DNA from: Alistipes timonensis
GTDB taxonomy: Bacteria > Bacteroidota > Bacteroidia > Bacteroidales > Muribaculaceae
Assembly (NCBI GenBank): GCA_023663385.1
Contig: JAMPHO010000004.1
Location: 14,053-78,052, forward strand
Direction: 5' to 3'
DNA: 64,000 bases
Shown in pieces: positions 44,719 to 53,957 of the stretch. The notes below the pieces were generated by a model. That model was not told the DNA's origin, did not search any database, and saw only the letters and a program-made list of their open reading frames with translations. Position 1 is the first letter of the stretch. Every line of letters begins with the position of its first letter. Both the position numbers and the translations under genes were made by a program.

Positions 44719-45495
44719 TTGGAAACAATCAGCGAAAACGACCTCCGCGACCTGCTCGACCGCGAGGCCGCCCGAATCAACAACCCCGAGTTCGCCCTCG
44801 GCGACCCCGTGCAGTTCCCCCGCCGCTTCGAGCGGCAGGAGGATGTCGAGATAGCCTCGCTCCTATGCTCCTCCATAGCCTGGGGCAACCGCAAGATGAT
44901 ATGCGCCAACTGCGAGAAGATGCTCGCCCTGATGGACAACCAGCCCTACGCGTATATGATGGACCGCGGCTACGAGGAGCTCCCCGATATGAACATCCAC
45001 CGCACGTTCTTCGCCCGCGACCTCCGCGCCTTCCTCCGCGGCCTGCGCGCCGTGTACTCGCGCCACGAAAACCTCGACGCCTTCGCCGCCTCCATCCGCG
45101 CCGGCGAGTCGGAAACCCCGTCGTGGGCGCTCGTCGAGGCCCTCAACGCCATCCTCCGCGAAGAGAACCGCGACCACCCCGAGGCCAACCTCTCGCGCTG
45201 CCTGCCGCAGAACCTCGCGACCACCGCCCTCAAACGCGTCAACATGGCCCTCCGCTGGCTCGTGCGCGACGACGGTATCGTGGACCTCGGCCTCTGGCGC
45301 TCCATCAAGCCCTCGCAGCTCTACATACCCCTCGACGTGCACGTCGGCGACACCGCCCGCGAGCTCGGACTACTGACCCGCCGGGCCGACGACCGCCGCT
45401 CGACCGTCGAACTCACCGCCGCCCTCCGCCGCTTCAACCCCGCCGACCCCGTGCTCTACGACTACGCCCTCTTCGGCATCGGCATGGGACTCTGA
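44719..45495 (+). CDS. TIGR02757/DUF2400-family protein
   Basis: 258 aa with a TTG start. The block NNPEFALGDPVQFPRRF..EDVEIA..IAWGNRKMI matches my recollection of the DUF2400 N-terminus. The start codon is uncertain. Confidence 0.65.
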   Translation: METISENDLRDLLDREAARINNPEFALGDPVQFPRRFERQEDVEIASLLCSSIAWGNRKMICANCEKMLALMDNQPYAYMMDRGYEELPDMNIHRTFFARDLRAFLRGLRAVYSRHENLDAFAASIRAGESETPSWALVEALNAILREENRDHPEANLSRCLPQNLATTALKRVNMALRWLVRDDGIVDLGLWRSIKPSQLYIPLDVHVGDTARELGLLTRRADDRRSTVELTAALRRFNPADPVLYDYALFGIGMGL

Positions 45496-45505
45496 CCCCT
45501 CCAAT

Positions 45506-45623
45506 CCTGGAAAAACGGCAAAATCCCGCCAAAATCCCTTAGAAAAACGGCAAAAACACCGCAAAAACCCTTGGAAAAACGGCAAAAACGCCCTATTTTT
45601 GCCATAGAAAAACGGCACCGCCC
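45506..45623. repeat. About four tandem copies of a ~32-bp repeat (core GAAAAACGGCAAAA)
   Basis: cctggaaaaacggcaaaatcccgccaaaatc / ccttagaaaaacggcaaaaacaccgcaaaaac / ccttggaaaaacggcaaaaacgccctatttttg / ccatagaaaaacggcaccgccc. Confidence 0.85.
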
Positions 45624-45673
45624 ACAATACCAGCACATTAACGCATTATAAAAATCCGTTCCACTCAATGCCC

Positions 45674-45713
45674 CAGCCCGCAGATCGCTATGCGGGCTGA
45701 GGCCGCTGTTTTT
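45674..45713 (+). terminator. Hairpin plus T-run, possible terminator for the DUF2400 transcript
   Basis: Stem cagcccgca / tgcgggctg with an 8-nt loop. A ttttt run begins 10 nt downstream. Confidence 0.4.
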
Positions 45714-45726
45714 GGGGATTTTTTGC

Positions 45727-45734
45727 TAAATTCG
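45727..45734 (+). promoter_or_regulatory. -7 box TAAATTCG (extended TAAATTCGCGG) for asd
   Basis: TAnnTT(C)G followed by CGG, 43 nt upstream of the ATG at 45777. Confidence 0.45.
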
Positions 45735-45776
45735 CGGTGGAAAATGTAATTAGTGAATTAAGCGCGATATTAAAGG

Positions 45777-46784
45777 ATGAATATAGCTATCGTTGGAGCC
45801 TCCGGGGCCGTCGGCCAGGAGCTTATGAAGGTGCTCGAAGAGCGCCATTTCCCCGCTGAAAAGGTAACCCTGTTCGGTTCGAGCCGCAGCGCCGGGCGCA
45901 AATACGCGTTCCGCGGTCAGGAGCTGACCGTCAAGGAGCTCACGGAGAATCCCGACGATTTCAGCGGTATCGACATAGCTTTCACCTCGGCCGGCGCGGG
46001 CACCTCGCGCCGATTCGCCGAGGTAATCACCTCGCGCGGCGCGGTGATGATCGACAACTCGTCGGCCTTCCGCATGGACGAGGATGTGCCCCTGGTGGTG
46101 CCGGAAGTCAACGGCGACGACGCTTTCAACGCGCCGCGCCGCATCATCGGCAACCCCAACTGCACCACCATACAGATGGTGGTGGCCCTCAAGCCTATCA
46201 ACGACCTCTCGCCGCTGCGCCGGGTGCGCGTGGCAACCTACCAGGCAGCCTCCGGCGCCGGCGCGGCCGCGATGGACGAGCTCCGCGAGCAGACCGGCCA
46301 GCTCCTCCGCGGCGAGGAGCCCACAGTCGAGAAGTTCTCGGCCCAGCTCGCCTTCAACCTCATACCCCACATCGACGTCTTCACCGACAACGGCTACACT
46401 AAGGAAGAGATGAAGATGGTCAACGAGACCCGCAAAATCATGCACGCCCCGGGGCTCCGCGTCAGCGCGACCTGCGTGCGCGTGCCGGTGATGCGCGCCC
46501 ACTCCGAGGCCATCTGGGTTGAGACCGAGGGCCCGGTGACCCTCGAACAGGCCCGCGAGGCGTTCCGCTCGGCCCCCGGCGTGGAGCTGATGGACGACCC
46601 GGCCAACCGCGTCTACCCGATGCCCTACACCCTGGCCGGATGCGACCCGGTGTACGTCGGTCGCCTGCGCCAGGACCTCGCCGACGACAACGCCCTGACC
46701 TTCTGGACCGTCAGCGACCAGATACGCAAGGGCGCGGCCCTCAACGCCGTGCAGATCGCCGAGCTCCTCATCAATAAGAAATAA
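45777..46784 (+). CDS. asd: Aspartate-semialdehyde dehydrogenase
   Basis: 335 aa. N-terminal [11 protein letters not shown] and active-site block [12 protein letters not shown]. Confidence 0.93.
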   Translation: MNIAIVGASGAVGQELMKVLEERHFPAEKVTLFGSSRSAGRKYAFRGQELTVKELTENPDDFSGIDIAFTSAGAGTSRRFAEVITSRGAVMIDNSSAFRMDEDVPLVVPEVNGDDAFNAPRRIIGNPNCTTIQMVVALKPINDLSPLRRVRVATYQAASGAGAAAMDELREQTGQLLRGEEPTVEKFSAQLAFNLIPHIDVFTDNGYTKEEMKMVNETRKIMHAPGLRVSATCVRVPVMRAHSEAIWVETEGPVTLEQAREAFRSAPGVELMDDPANRVYPMPYTLAGCDPVYVGRLRQDLADDNALTFWTVSDQIRKGAALNAVQIAELLINKK

Positions 46785-46826
46785 CCCCTCCGGCCCGCAA
46801 TCCGGCCACGACTTAACCGTTCAAGC

Positions 46827-49034
46827 ATGCATCTCCTATCGGCGCCATTGGTCACTGGTCCCGTCACGATATTCCTTATCGTGATGGTGATTATCCTACT
46901 CGCGCCGGTGCTGCTGAACCGCCTGAAGATACCCCATATAGTCGGGATGATCGTGGCGGGCATCATCGTGGGTCCCTACGGACTCAACATCCTCGACAGC
47001 GACAGCTCGTTCGCCATTTTCGGCCAGGTGGGGCTGCTCTACCTTATGTTCTTGGCGGGGCTGGAAATCGATATGTTCCATCTGCGGCTAAACCTGCGCC
47101 GCGGGCTCGGCTTCGGGCTGCTCACATTCTTCATACCGATGGTGATGGGGGTTGTGGCGAGCGTCTACATACTCCACACGGGGTGGCTCACGGCCTTCCT
47201 CCTGGCGTCGATGTACGCTTCGCACACCCTGATAGCCTATCCCGTCGCGGCCCGTTTCGGGGTCACCAAGAGCCCGGCGGTGCTTATCTCCGTGGTAGGC
47301 ACCATAATAGCCGTGATCGGTGCCCTCTTGGTGTTGGCGGCGTGCGTCAACATCCACGCGACGGGCGAGTTCCAGCTGTCGTCGATGGGTTGGCTCGTGG
47401 GGAAGTTGGCGCTTTACTGCGGCGGCGTGCTTTACGCCTATCCGCGGGTGGCGCGCTGGTTCTTCAAGAGTTACAGCGACCGCGTGACGCAATACGTATT
47501 CGTGCTCGCGATGGTGTTCTTCTCGGCATGGCTCTCCGGGGCGATCGGCCTGGAGCCTGTGCTCGGGGCCTTCTTCGCCGGACTGGTGCTCAACCGCTAC
47601 ATACCCGCCAACTCGGCGCTGATGAGCTCCATTGAGTTCGTCGGCAACGCCCTGTTCATCCCCTACTTCCTGATCGGGGTGGGCATGATGATCAACGTCG
47701 GGGTGATTGTGAAGGGCAACACCCTGTGGGTGGCCTCGGTGATGATGGCCGTTGCCCTGGCGAGCAAATGGATAGCCGCATGGGGGGCGCAGAAGCTCTA
47801 CGGCATGGAGGGGGCAGACCGACGCATGATGTTCGGCCTCACGACGGCCCACACCGCCGTGGCCCTGGCCGTGGTCACCATCGGCTACAATATGATACTC
47901 CCCGACGGGTCGAGGATGATGGACGAGACGATACTCAACGGCACGGTGCTCGTGATCCTCGTCACCTGCGCCATAGCCCCGGTGGTGGCCTCGGCCGCGG
48001 CGGCCAAAATCAAGGTGCGGGTGCTCAACGCCATAGGCCCCGAGTCGGCCCAGGAGCAAGCCGCCGCCAACCGCCGCTACCGCACCCTGGTGGGTGTGGC
48101 CAACCCGATCACCGCCGCGTCGCTCGTCGAGTTGGCGCTCCTGTCGCGGGTCAACCGCGGAGGCGCCTCGCCCGACCTGATGTACGCCCTGCACGTCCGC
48201 AACGACACCACTCCCGCCTCCCGCGCCCTGGGGCGCAACGCCCTGCGCCTGGCCCAGGAAGCCGCCGCGGCCGCGGCCGCGAGCCTCGACACCATTGAGC
48301 GCTACGACCTCAACACCGTCACCGGGCTGCTGAACGTCATAGAGGAGCGCGACATCAACGAGGTGGTGCTCGGCATGCACCGCAAGGCAACGGTAATCGA
48401 CACCTTCCTCGGCTCGAAAATCGAGCAGCTGCTCCGCCAGACCAACAGGATGGTGCTCGTGTCGCGCTGCTACATCCCCCTGAACACCGTGACCCGCATA
48501 ACCGTGTTCGTGCCCGAAAAGGCCGAGTACGAAACCGGATTCTCCCGCTGGGTGCTCACCATAAGCTCGCTCGCCCGCGAAATCGGGTGCCGTCTGATAT
48601 TCTGCTGCAAGAGTTCCCAGCAGCCTCTGATAAAGGGGGTGATAGCCGCGGCCGACATCGGCGTGCGCCGCGAATACCGCCCGATGGAGGGCCTCGACGA
48701 CTTCATACTCCTGGCCAACCGCGTGCTCGACGACGACCTGATGGTGGTCGTGGGCGCCCGCGCCAACTCGGTGAGCCACTCGGCCGACCTGGCCGAGATA
48801 CCGATGCTTCTGCAGCAGCACTGCGAGCGCAACAACCTCCTGGTGGTCTACCCCGAGCAGTTCGGCGACGCGCCGCAGCTACCCTCGTTCACCGACCCCC
48901 TGCAGGCCGACCTCGACGCCCCCGTAAGCGGCCTGTGGCACTCGCTTCGCTCCCGCGGCCGCATCGCCGTCCGCGCCCTGCGCCGCCGCCTCAATCGAAA
49001 AAGACATAATTCTAAGGGAAAAGAAGATATATGA
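46827..49034 (+). CDS. CPA2-type cation:proton antiporter with a large C-terminal cytoplasmic (USP-like) domain
   Basis: 735 aa. ~400-aa polytopic Na+/H+-exchanger-like N-half (IPHIVGMIVAGIIVGPYGLNIL) plus a ~330-aa soluble C-half. Confidence 0.8.
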   Translation: MHLLSAPLVTGPVTIFLIVMVIILLAPVLLNRLKIPHIVGMIVAGIIVGPYGLNILDSDSSFAIFGQVGLLYLMFLAGLEIDMFHLRLNLRRGLGFGLLTFFIPMVMGVVASVYILHTGWLTAFLLASMYASHTLIAYPVAARFGVTKSPAVLISVVGTIIAVIGALLVLAACVNIHATGEFQLSSMGWLVGKLALYCGGVLYAYPRVARWFFKSYSDRVTQYVFVLAMVFFSAWLSGAIGLEPVLGAFFAGLVLNRYIPANSALMSSIEFVGNALFIPYFLIGVGMMINVGVIVKGNTLWVASVMMAVALASKWIAAWGAQKLYGMEGADRRMMFGLTTAHTAVALAVVTIGYNMILPDGSRMMDETILNGTVLVILVTCAIAPVVASAAAAKIKVRVLNAIGPESAQEQAAANRRYRTLVGVANPITAASLVELALLSRVNRGGASPDLMYALHVRNDTTPASRALGRNALRLAQEAAAAAAASLDTIERYDLNTVTGLLNVIEERDINEVVLGMHRKATVIDTFLGSKIEQLLRQTNRMVLVSRCYIPLNTVTRITVFVPEKAEYETGFSRWVLTISSLAREIGCRLIFCCKSSQQPLIKGVIAAADIGVRREYRPMEGLDDFILLANRVLDDDLMVVVGARANSVSHSADLAEIPMLLQQHCERNNLLVVYPEQFGDAPQLPSFTDPLQADLDAPVSGLWHSLRSRGRIAVRALRRRLNRKRHNSKGKEDI

Positions 49035-50494
49035 AACAAGGTTTCGACAACGAGAAATACCTCCGAATACAATCGGAGCACATCAAGGAACGCATAGCCC
49101 AGTTCGGCAACAAGCTCTACCTCGAACTCGGCGGGAAGCTCTTCGACGACCACCACGCCTCGCGCGTGCTCCCCGGCTTCCAGCCCGACAGCAAGCTGCG
49201 TATGCTCCAGCAGCTCAGCGACAAGGCCGAAATCGTAATCGTCATCTCGGCCCGCGACATCGAGAAGAACAAGGTGCGCTCCGACCTGGGCATCACCTAC
49301 GATATGGACGTGCTGCGCCTGCGCACCGAGTTCCGCAACCGCGGATTCCTCGTAAGCTCCGTGGTAATAACCCACTACAACGGCCAGAGCAGCGCCGACG
49401 CCTTCCGCGCACGCCTCGACCGCATGGGCATACGCACCTACTGCCACTACACCATCGAGGGGTACCCCACCAACGTGGCCCTGATTGACTCCGACGAAGG
49501 GTTTGGCCGCAACGACTACATCGAAACCACCCGCCCGCTGGTGATTGTCACCGCCCCCGGCCCCGGCAGCGGCAAGATGGCCGTATGCCTCAGCCAGCTC
49601 TACAACGAGAACAAGCGCGGAGTCGAGGCCGGTTACGCCAAGTTCGAGACCTTCCCCGTGTGGAGTCTCCCCCTGAAGCACCCCGTCAACATCGCCTACG
49701 AGGCCGCCACCGCCGACCTCAACGACGTGAACATGATCGACCCCTTCCATCTCGAAGCCTACGGCAAGACGGCCATCAACTACAACCGCGACATCGAAAT
49801 CTTCCCCGTGCTCGACGCTCTCTTCGAGGGTATCTACGGCAAGAACCCCTACAAGTCGCCAACCGATATGGGGGTCAACATGGTGGGGTTCTGCATCAGC
49901 GACGACGCCGTGTGCCGCGAGGCATCCCGCCAGGAAATCATCCGCCGCTACTTCGCCGCCCTCAACCATATGGCCCAGGGTGACGGCAACGAGGCCGAGG
50001 TCAACAAGATCGCGCTCCTGTTCCGCCAGGCCGAAATCACCCCCGAGTACCGCAAGCCGGTAGGGGCGGCCCGCGCCCGCGCCGAGCGCAGCGGGGTCCC
50101 CTGCTCGGCCATCGAACTGGCCGACGGCACCATCATCACCGCCGAGACCTCGGCGCTCCTCGGCCCCAGCGCCGCGCTGATACTCAACGCCGTGAAGCAC
50201 CTCGCCGGCATCGACCACTCAGTGAAGCTTATACCCCAGGCCCTTATCGAGCCGATACAGCACACCAAGCTCACCTACCTCGGAGGGCGCAACCCGCGGC
50301 TGCACACCGACGAGGTCCTCGTGGCTCTCTCCGTGCTCTCACCCCGCGACGAGCTCTGCCGCCGCGCCCTGGAGAAGCTCCCCGAGCTCAACGGCTGTCA
50401 GGTACACAGCACCGTGATGCTCGGCGAAGTCGACCACAAAATCTTCAGCAAGCTCGGCGTCGGCCTCACCTGCGACCCCGCCAAAAAGCACTAA
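49031..50494 (+). CDS. DUF1846 (UPF0371) family protein
   Basis: 487 aa. The N-terminus MKQGFDNEKYLRIQSEHIKERI..GGKLFDDHHASRVLPGF matches my recollection of UPF0371. 4-nt overlap with the antiporter gene. Confidence 0.75.
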   Translation: MKQGFDNEKYLRIQSEHIKERIAQFGNKLYLELGGKLFDDHHASRVLPGFQPDSKLRMLQQLSDKAEIVIVISARDIEKNKVRSDLGITYDMDVLRLRTEFRNRGFLVSSVVITHYNGQSSADAFRARLDRMGIRTYCHYTIEGYPTNVALIDSDEGFGRNDYIETTRPLVIVTAPGPGSGKMAVCLSQLYNENKRGVEAGYAKFETFPVWSLPLKHPVNIAYEAATADLNDVNMIDPFHLEAYGKTAINYNRDIEIFPVLDALFEGIYGKNPYKSPTDMGVNMVGFCISDDAVCREASRQEIIRRYFAALNHMAQGDGNEAEVNKIALLFRQAEITPEYRKPVGAARARAERSGVPCSAIELADGTIITAETSALLGPSAALILNAVKHLAGIDHSVKLIPQALIEPIQHTKLTYLGGRNPRLHTDEVLVALSVLSPRDELCRRALEKLPELNGCQVHSTVMLGEVDHKIFSKLGVGLTCDPAKKH

Positions 50495-50572
50495 TCCCCC
50501 TCCATCCTTTGGAGGCACCAGCCACCACATCCAAAGGACTCCCGCCATAAACAACTCCCACACAAAGTACAA

Positions 50573-50612
50573 GGCACCGCGCCACCCCGTCCCCGAGGAC
50601 TGGCGCGGTGCC
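50573..50612 (+). terminator. Hairpin terminator after the DUF1846 gene
   Basis: 12-bp stem ggcaccgcgcca / tggcgcggtgcc with a 16-nt loop. A T-rich stretch follows (gctattgtatagctgttttg). Confidence 0.5.
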
Positions 50613-50719
50613 GCTATTGTATAGCTGTTTTGTATCGCAGTTTCGCCAACACACGCATCAGCACTTCGCTCAACAGCTCGCTCAATACCCCGCTCAATAC
50701 CCCGATTCCCCTTGCCATA

Positions 50720-50850
50720 GGTGGAAAACCGCTCCCAAAACCGCGTTTTCCACCTTCCTCACAGCTTCCTCTTGGTGGATTTTTCGCTCGCGACAGGGGT
50801 AAATTCCACCTTTTTGGCGATTTTCCACCCCCTGCAAGCCATTTTCCACC
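50720..50850. repeat. Iteron-like cluster of six (T/A)TTTCCACC / GGTGGA(A/T)(A/T)(A/T) boxes
   Basis: Forward boxes at 50746-50754, 50802-50810 (aattccacc), 50821-50829 and 50842-50850. Reverse boxes at 50720-50728 and 50774-50782. The last three forward boxes are 19-21 bp apart. Confidence 0.8.
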
Positions 50851-51066
50851 TGTTTCTCAGCCCTGTGAGGCGGTAGTCTCAAACGGAAGCCGCGGCAATT
50901 CCCGTCAAAAGTCGAATTATCATCATCCATCCCTTTTTCCCGCCAAAGAACACCCCGCTGCCAACCCCCTCCTTTCCCTAACTTTGCGACATCGGAGCGC
51001 CCCGAATCTCGTTGGCCGGTTAGAATAAAAATCCGCTGAAGAGTTGGGCGTTCACCGCGAAATAGG

Positions 51067-51074
51067 TAGTTTTG
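51067..51074 (+). promoter_or_regulatory. -7 box TAGTTTTG (extended TAGTTTTGCGG) for the 51130 membrane protein gene
   Basis: Exact TAnnTTTG followed by CGG, 56 nt upstream of the ATG. Confidence 0.5.
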
Positions 51075-51129
51075 CGGATAGTCAACCATTGAAGGCTGGT
51101 TACAGCCGTTTAACCAACTCTTATGTCAA

Positions 51130-51831
51130 ATGGATATATCAAGTTCGGCTATTATAAGCTACTTTGTTATCGGCTGGAGCGTGTTCATAACGCTTTACTG
51201 CCTGGTCGCGCTCGGCCAACTGTCATTTTTCGCCTGCGAGTCGCTGCGGCGGCGGGAGTATGGATCGGCTCTGCGATACGCCGCGCTGTTTGTCGCCGCG
51301 GCCCTTCTGTCGTGGTTCATACTGCCGTTTGAGAAACTTGGAATCAGTTGGTCGGCCGACAGCCTGTTTAAGGCATTCTCCGTAAGTGACATCGCGATGG
51401 AAGGCACCTGGAGCGGCTTCGTAATCACCGCGGGGCAGGTTTTGCGCGCCTTGTTGCTCATCGGCTTAATCGTAAGCATAATTCGATTTATCCGGCGCTC
51501 GATAATCACGAAAGATGGGTGGTCAATCGCCGGAAGCGTCGTGTTTTCCCTGATTTTCATCTGTTTCGCCGCGGTGATACTTACGGGCGTCGAGAACCTG
51601 TTTGCCAAAATAGCCGCGAACGGACAAGGTGTCACCCTCACGGTCGCCAATTGCGCCGCGCTCATCTCCTTTATAGTCCTATGGATTTTCGCCCTTGGCG
51701 CCACGGCGCGGGCATTCTACAAAGCCGTAGCCCGAGAGTCAAGGTCGCAACTCATCCTCAGCGCCGTCCTCTTTTTCGTCGGACTGCCGCTGCTTAGCTA
51801 TGTCAGCTGGCTGATAGTTCCGGGGATATGA
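51130..51831 (+). CDS. Hypothetical polytopic membrane protein
   Basis: 233 aa with about six hydrophobic helices. Visibly lower G+C than neighbouring genes. I recognise no family. Confidence 0.6.
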   Translation: MDISSSAIISYFVIGWSVFITLYCLVALGQLSFFACESLRRREYGSALRYAALFVAAALLSWFILPFEKLGISWSADSLFKAFSVSDIAMEGTWSGFVITAGQVLRALLLIGLIVSIIRFIRRSIITKDGWSIAGSVVFSLIFICFAAVILTGVENLFAKIAANGQGVTLTVANCAALISFIVLWIFALGATARAFYKAVARESRSQLILSAVLFFVGLPLLSYVSWLIVPGI

Positions 51832-51888
51832 AGTGGGCTATTGCCGCCCGCGTCTAATGCCGACGCATAGCGAGGCCCGAGCCCGGGT

Positions 51889-52263
51889 TCAGTTGCCGGA
51901 GGGGGGAAGTTCCTCCCAGGTGACGTCGATGGTCTGCGACTCGATTTCGATGGTGGTCTCGGTGGTTGTGGCCGAGGGAGCCGAGGGGTCGGCGGGAAGC
52001 TCGGTGAAACGGGCGTAGTCGCCCGAGGCGGGGTCGATTTTCTTGCGGCGGGGAGCGGGGGCGCTCCATCCACCCTTGCGCCCTTTTTCGCGGCGGGGAG
52101 CCTCGCCGGAGGCGCTGTCAGCGGCGGTTGTGAAGCCGTTGCGGCGGAGGAAGTCCTCCATGGCCTTCTGCGGGTCGCGGTAGGCCTTATAGACGCGCCA
52201 CGCGGGACGCGCCACGAAATAGAAAAGAATTACTATAAGTATTATCCAAATCATCGCATTCAT
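51889..52263 (-). CDS. Small N-terminally anchored protein (DUF4834-like by recollection)
   Basis: 124 aa. A single N-terminal TM (MIWIILIVILFYFV) followed by a charged, low-complexity tail. Lies directly downstream of pssA on the same strand. Confidence 0.6.
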   Translation of the reverse strand: MNAMIWIILIVILFYFVARPAWRVYKAYRDPQKAMEDFLRRNGFTTAADSASGEAPRREKGRKGGWSAPAPRRKKIDPASGDYARFTELPADPSAPSATTTETTIEIESQTIDVTWEELPPSGN

Positions 52264-52346
52264 AGGGTTAACGGCCCGAAGTCATCGCGGGCCGGATGGT
52301 GTGGGGAAAGAGTGCGGCAGGGGGTACAAACCCCGCCGGGCCGGGA

Positions 52347-53060
52347 TTACTTGAACAGCAGGGCCAGGACGATGTAGAGGAGGATGGCCGGAGCGAAACC
52401 GGCTACCCCGAAGAATACAACAAACGCGGCGCTCCCGAGGATTAGCAGATAGCGGGGAAAATTCTCGCTCAGCGAGAAGTTCTTGAGCTTCAGGGAGAAC
52501 ATACGCGCCGGGGCGACCATCATCAGCGAGGCCGCGGCTATCAGAGCGCACCAGCAGAGGGCCGAAAGCCAGGCGGCCCCGAACGACACCAGCGAGGGTT
52601 CGGAGGCGATCCAGGCCGTCGCGCCGATCCAGAAGATGGCCTCGGCGGGGATGGGGAGGCCGCGGAACACTGTTGCCTGCGACTCGTCGATATTGAACTT
52701 GGCCAGACGGAGCTGCCCCATCACGGGTATCAGCAGCGCGGCATACGGGAGCCAGCCCACCGGGCTGTAGGCGCGCAGGAGGTTGAAAAGGAGCATCGCG
52801 GGGGCCACGCCGAAGCTCACCAGGTCGGAGAGGGAGTCAAGCTCCTTACCCATGGCCGAGTAAGCCTTCAAAAGGCGGGCCGAGAGGCCGTCGCAGAAGT
52901 CGAAAACGGCGGCGAGCCCTATGCACACCCACACCCACTGGTACCCCGCCAGGGGGCCGAACTGCTCGAACGGGCTGAAGGCGAAGGTGATTGCCACCGC
53001 GCCGCTTATGAGGTTGCAGCAGGTGATTGTGTTGGGTATGGAGCGGGTGATTACGTTCAT
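52347..53060 (-). CDS. pssA: CDP-diacylglycerol--serine O-phosphatidyltransferase
   Basis: 237 aa. CDP-alcohol phosphatidyltransferase motif DFCDGLSARLLKAYSAMGKELDSLSDLVSFG. Confidence 0.9.
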   Translation of the reverse strand: MNVITRSIPNTITCCNLISGAVAITFAFSPFEQFGPLAGYQWVWVCIGLAAVFDFCDGLSARLLKAYSAMGKELDSLSDLVSFGVAPAMLLFNLLRAYSPVGWLPYAALLIPVMGQLRLAKFNIDESQATVFRGLPIPAEAIFWIGATAWIASEPSLVSFGAAWLSALCWCALIAAASLMMVAPARMFSLKLKNFSLSENFPRYLLILGSAAFVVFFGVAGFAPAILLYIVLALLFK

Positions 53061-53099
53061 CGTAAAAAGCGTTTTGTTGGGAAACTGGCTCGGCCGCGC

Positions 53100-53792
53100 T
53101 TAAGCCTCCGCGGGGGCGGCGTCGGGGCGGAGGAGCCCCACCTGGGTGATGCCTCCGACGGTCGGGTCGCCGATTTTCACGAAAATCTCGGTCGAGAGGG
53201 GCAGGTAGAGGTCGATGCGCGACCCGAGCTTGATGAAGCCCATGTGGTCCTCAATCGAAGCCTCGACGCCCGGCTGGGCGTAAGTGACGATGCGGCGGGC
53301 CATAGCCCCGGCCACCTGGCGCATGAGCACGAGCTGCCCCTGGGGGGTGCGGATCACCACGGTCGAGCGCTCGTTCTCGGTGCTCGACTTCGGGAGGTAG
53401 GCGGCGCGGCAGCGGCCATTGTGGTGCGTTGAGTAAACCACCTCGCCGTCAACCGGGAACCAGTTGGCGTGCACGTTGAGGGGCGACATAAACACGGAGA
53501 GCTGTATGCAGCGGCACTTCAGGTACTCCCCCTCGTAGGTCTCCTCAAGGGCCACCACCTTGCCGTCGGCGGCCGACACCACGGCGTTGACCGGGTTGCC
53601 GGGGAAATGGCGGCGCGGCGAGCGGTAGAAGTTGACAACCAACAGGAAGAACACCAATGACAGAACGCTGACCGACACGGCCAGCCAACGCATATGCGGC
53701 AGCCAGATCCACAGCGGCAGGTTTACAAGCAGCAGCCCCGCGGCAAGAACGGTGAGCACATGGGTGCCCTCGCGGTGTATCTTTACTCTCAT
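53100..53792 (-). CDS. psd: Phosphatidylserine decarboxylase proenzyme (canonical, membrane-anchored)
   Basis: 230 aa. Two N-terminal TM segments. The LGS cleavage motif lies in GFIKLGSRIDLYLP. Adjacent to pssA. Confidence 0.9.
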   Translation of the reverse strand: MRVKIHREGTHVLTVLAAGLLLVNLPLWIWLPHMRWLAVSVSVLSLVFFLLVVNFYRSPRRHFPGNPVNAVVSAADGKVVALEETYEGEYLKCRCIQLSVFMSPLNVHANWFPVDGEVVYSTHHNGRCRAAYLPKSSTENERSTVVIRTPQGQLVLMRQVAGAMARRIVTYAQPGVEASIEDHMGFIKLGSRIDLYLPLSTEIFVKIGDPTVGGITQVGLLRPDAAPAEA

Positions 53793-53837
53793 TTCAGTTT
53801 TATGCTCGGTTTCAGAGGGGTTTCAGTTATCAAACTA

Positions 53838-53845
53838 CAAAGTTA
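53838..53845 (-). promoter_or_regulatory. -7 box TAACTTTG for the psd-pssA operon
   Basis: Exact TAnnTTTG on the minus strand, 46 nt upstream of the psd ATG. Confidence 0.55.
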
Positions 53846-53957
53846 ACAACAAATTTCCGATTAAGAAACTGTTTGAAAATTTTTCCGCCCCCAGCCCCAA
53901 AAAATCGCAAAAACGCGCGGCACTCCTCCATGCGCCAGCCGGTAGAGAAATGTCGCG

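Noticed and set aside
45506-45623. The 32-bp repeat array as a CRISPR array.
   Set aside because: The repeat units are directly abutting and degenerate, with no unique spacers of 25-40 nt. There are no cas genes in the window.
50495-51129. A chromosomal terminus (dif) site suggested by the locally convergent gene orientation around 50.5-51.9 kb.
   Set aside because: I could not find a 28-nt XerC/D-type imperfect palindrome, and gene orientation switches several other times in the window. Whole-replicon skew analysis would be required.
51833-52073. Small ORFs 51833..52018, 51798..52073 and 51854..52069 overlapping the DUF4834-like gene.
   Set aside because: They are alternative frames of the same G+C-rich low-complexity tail region. 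The 51889..52263 frame alone has a TM anchor and operon context with pssA.
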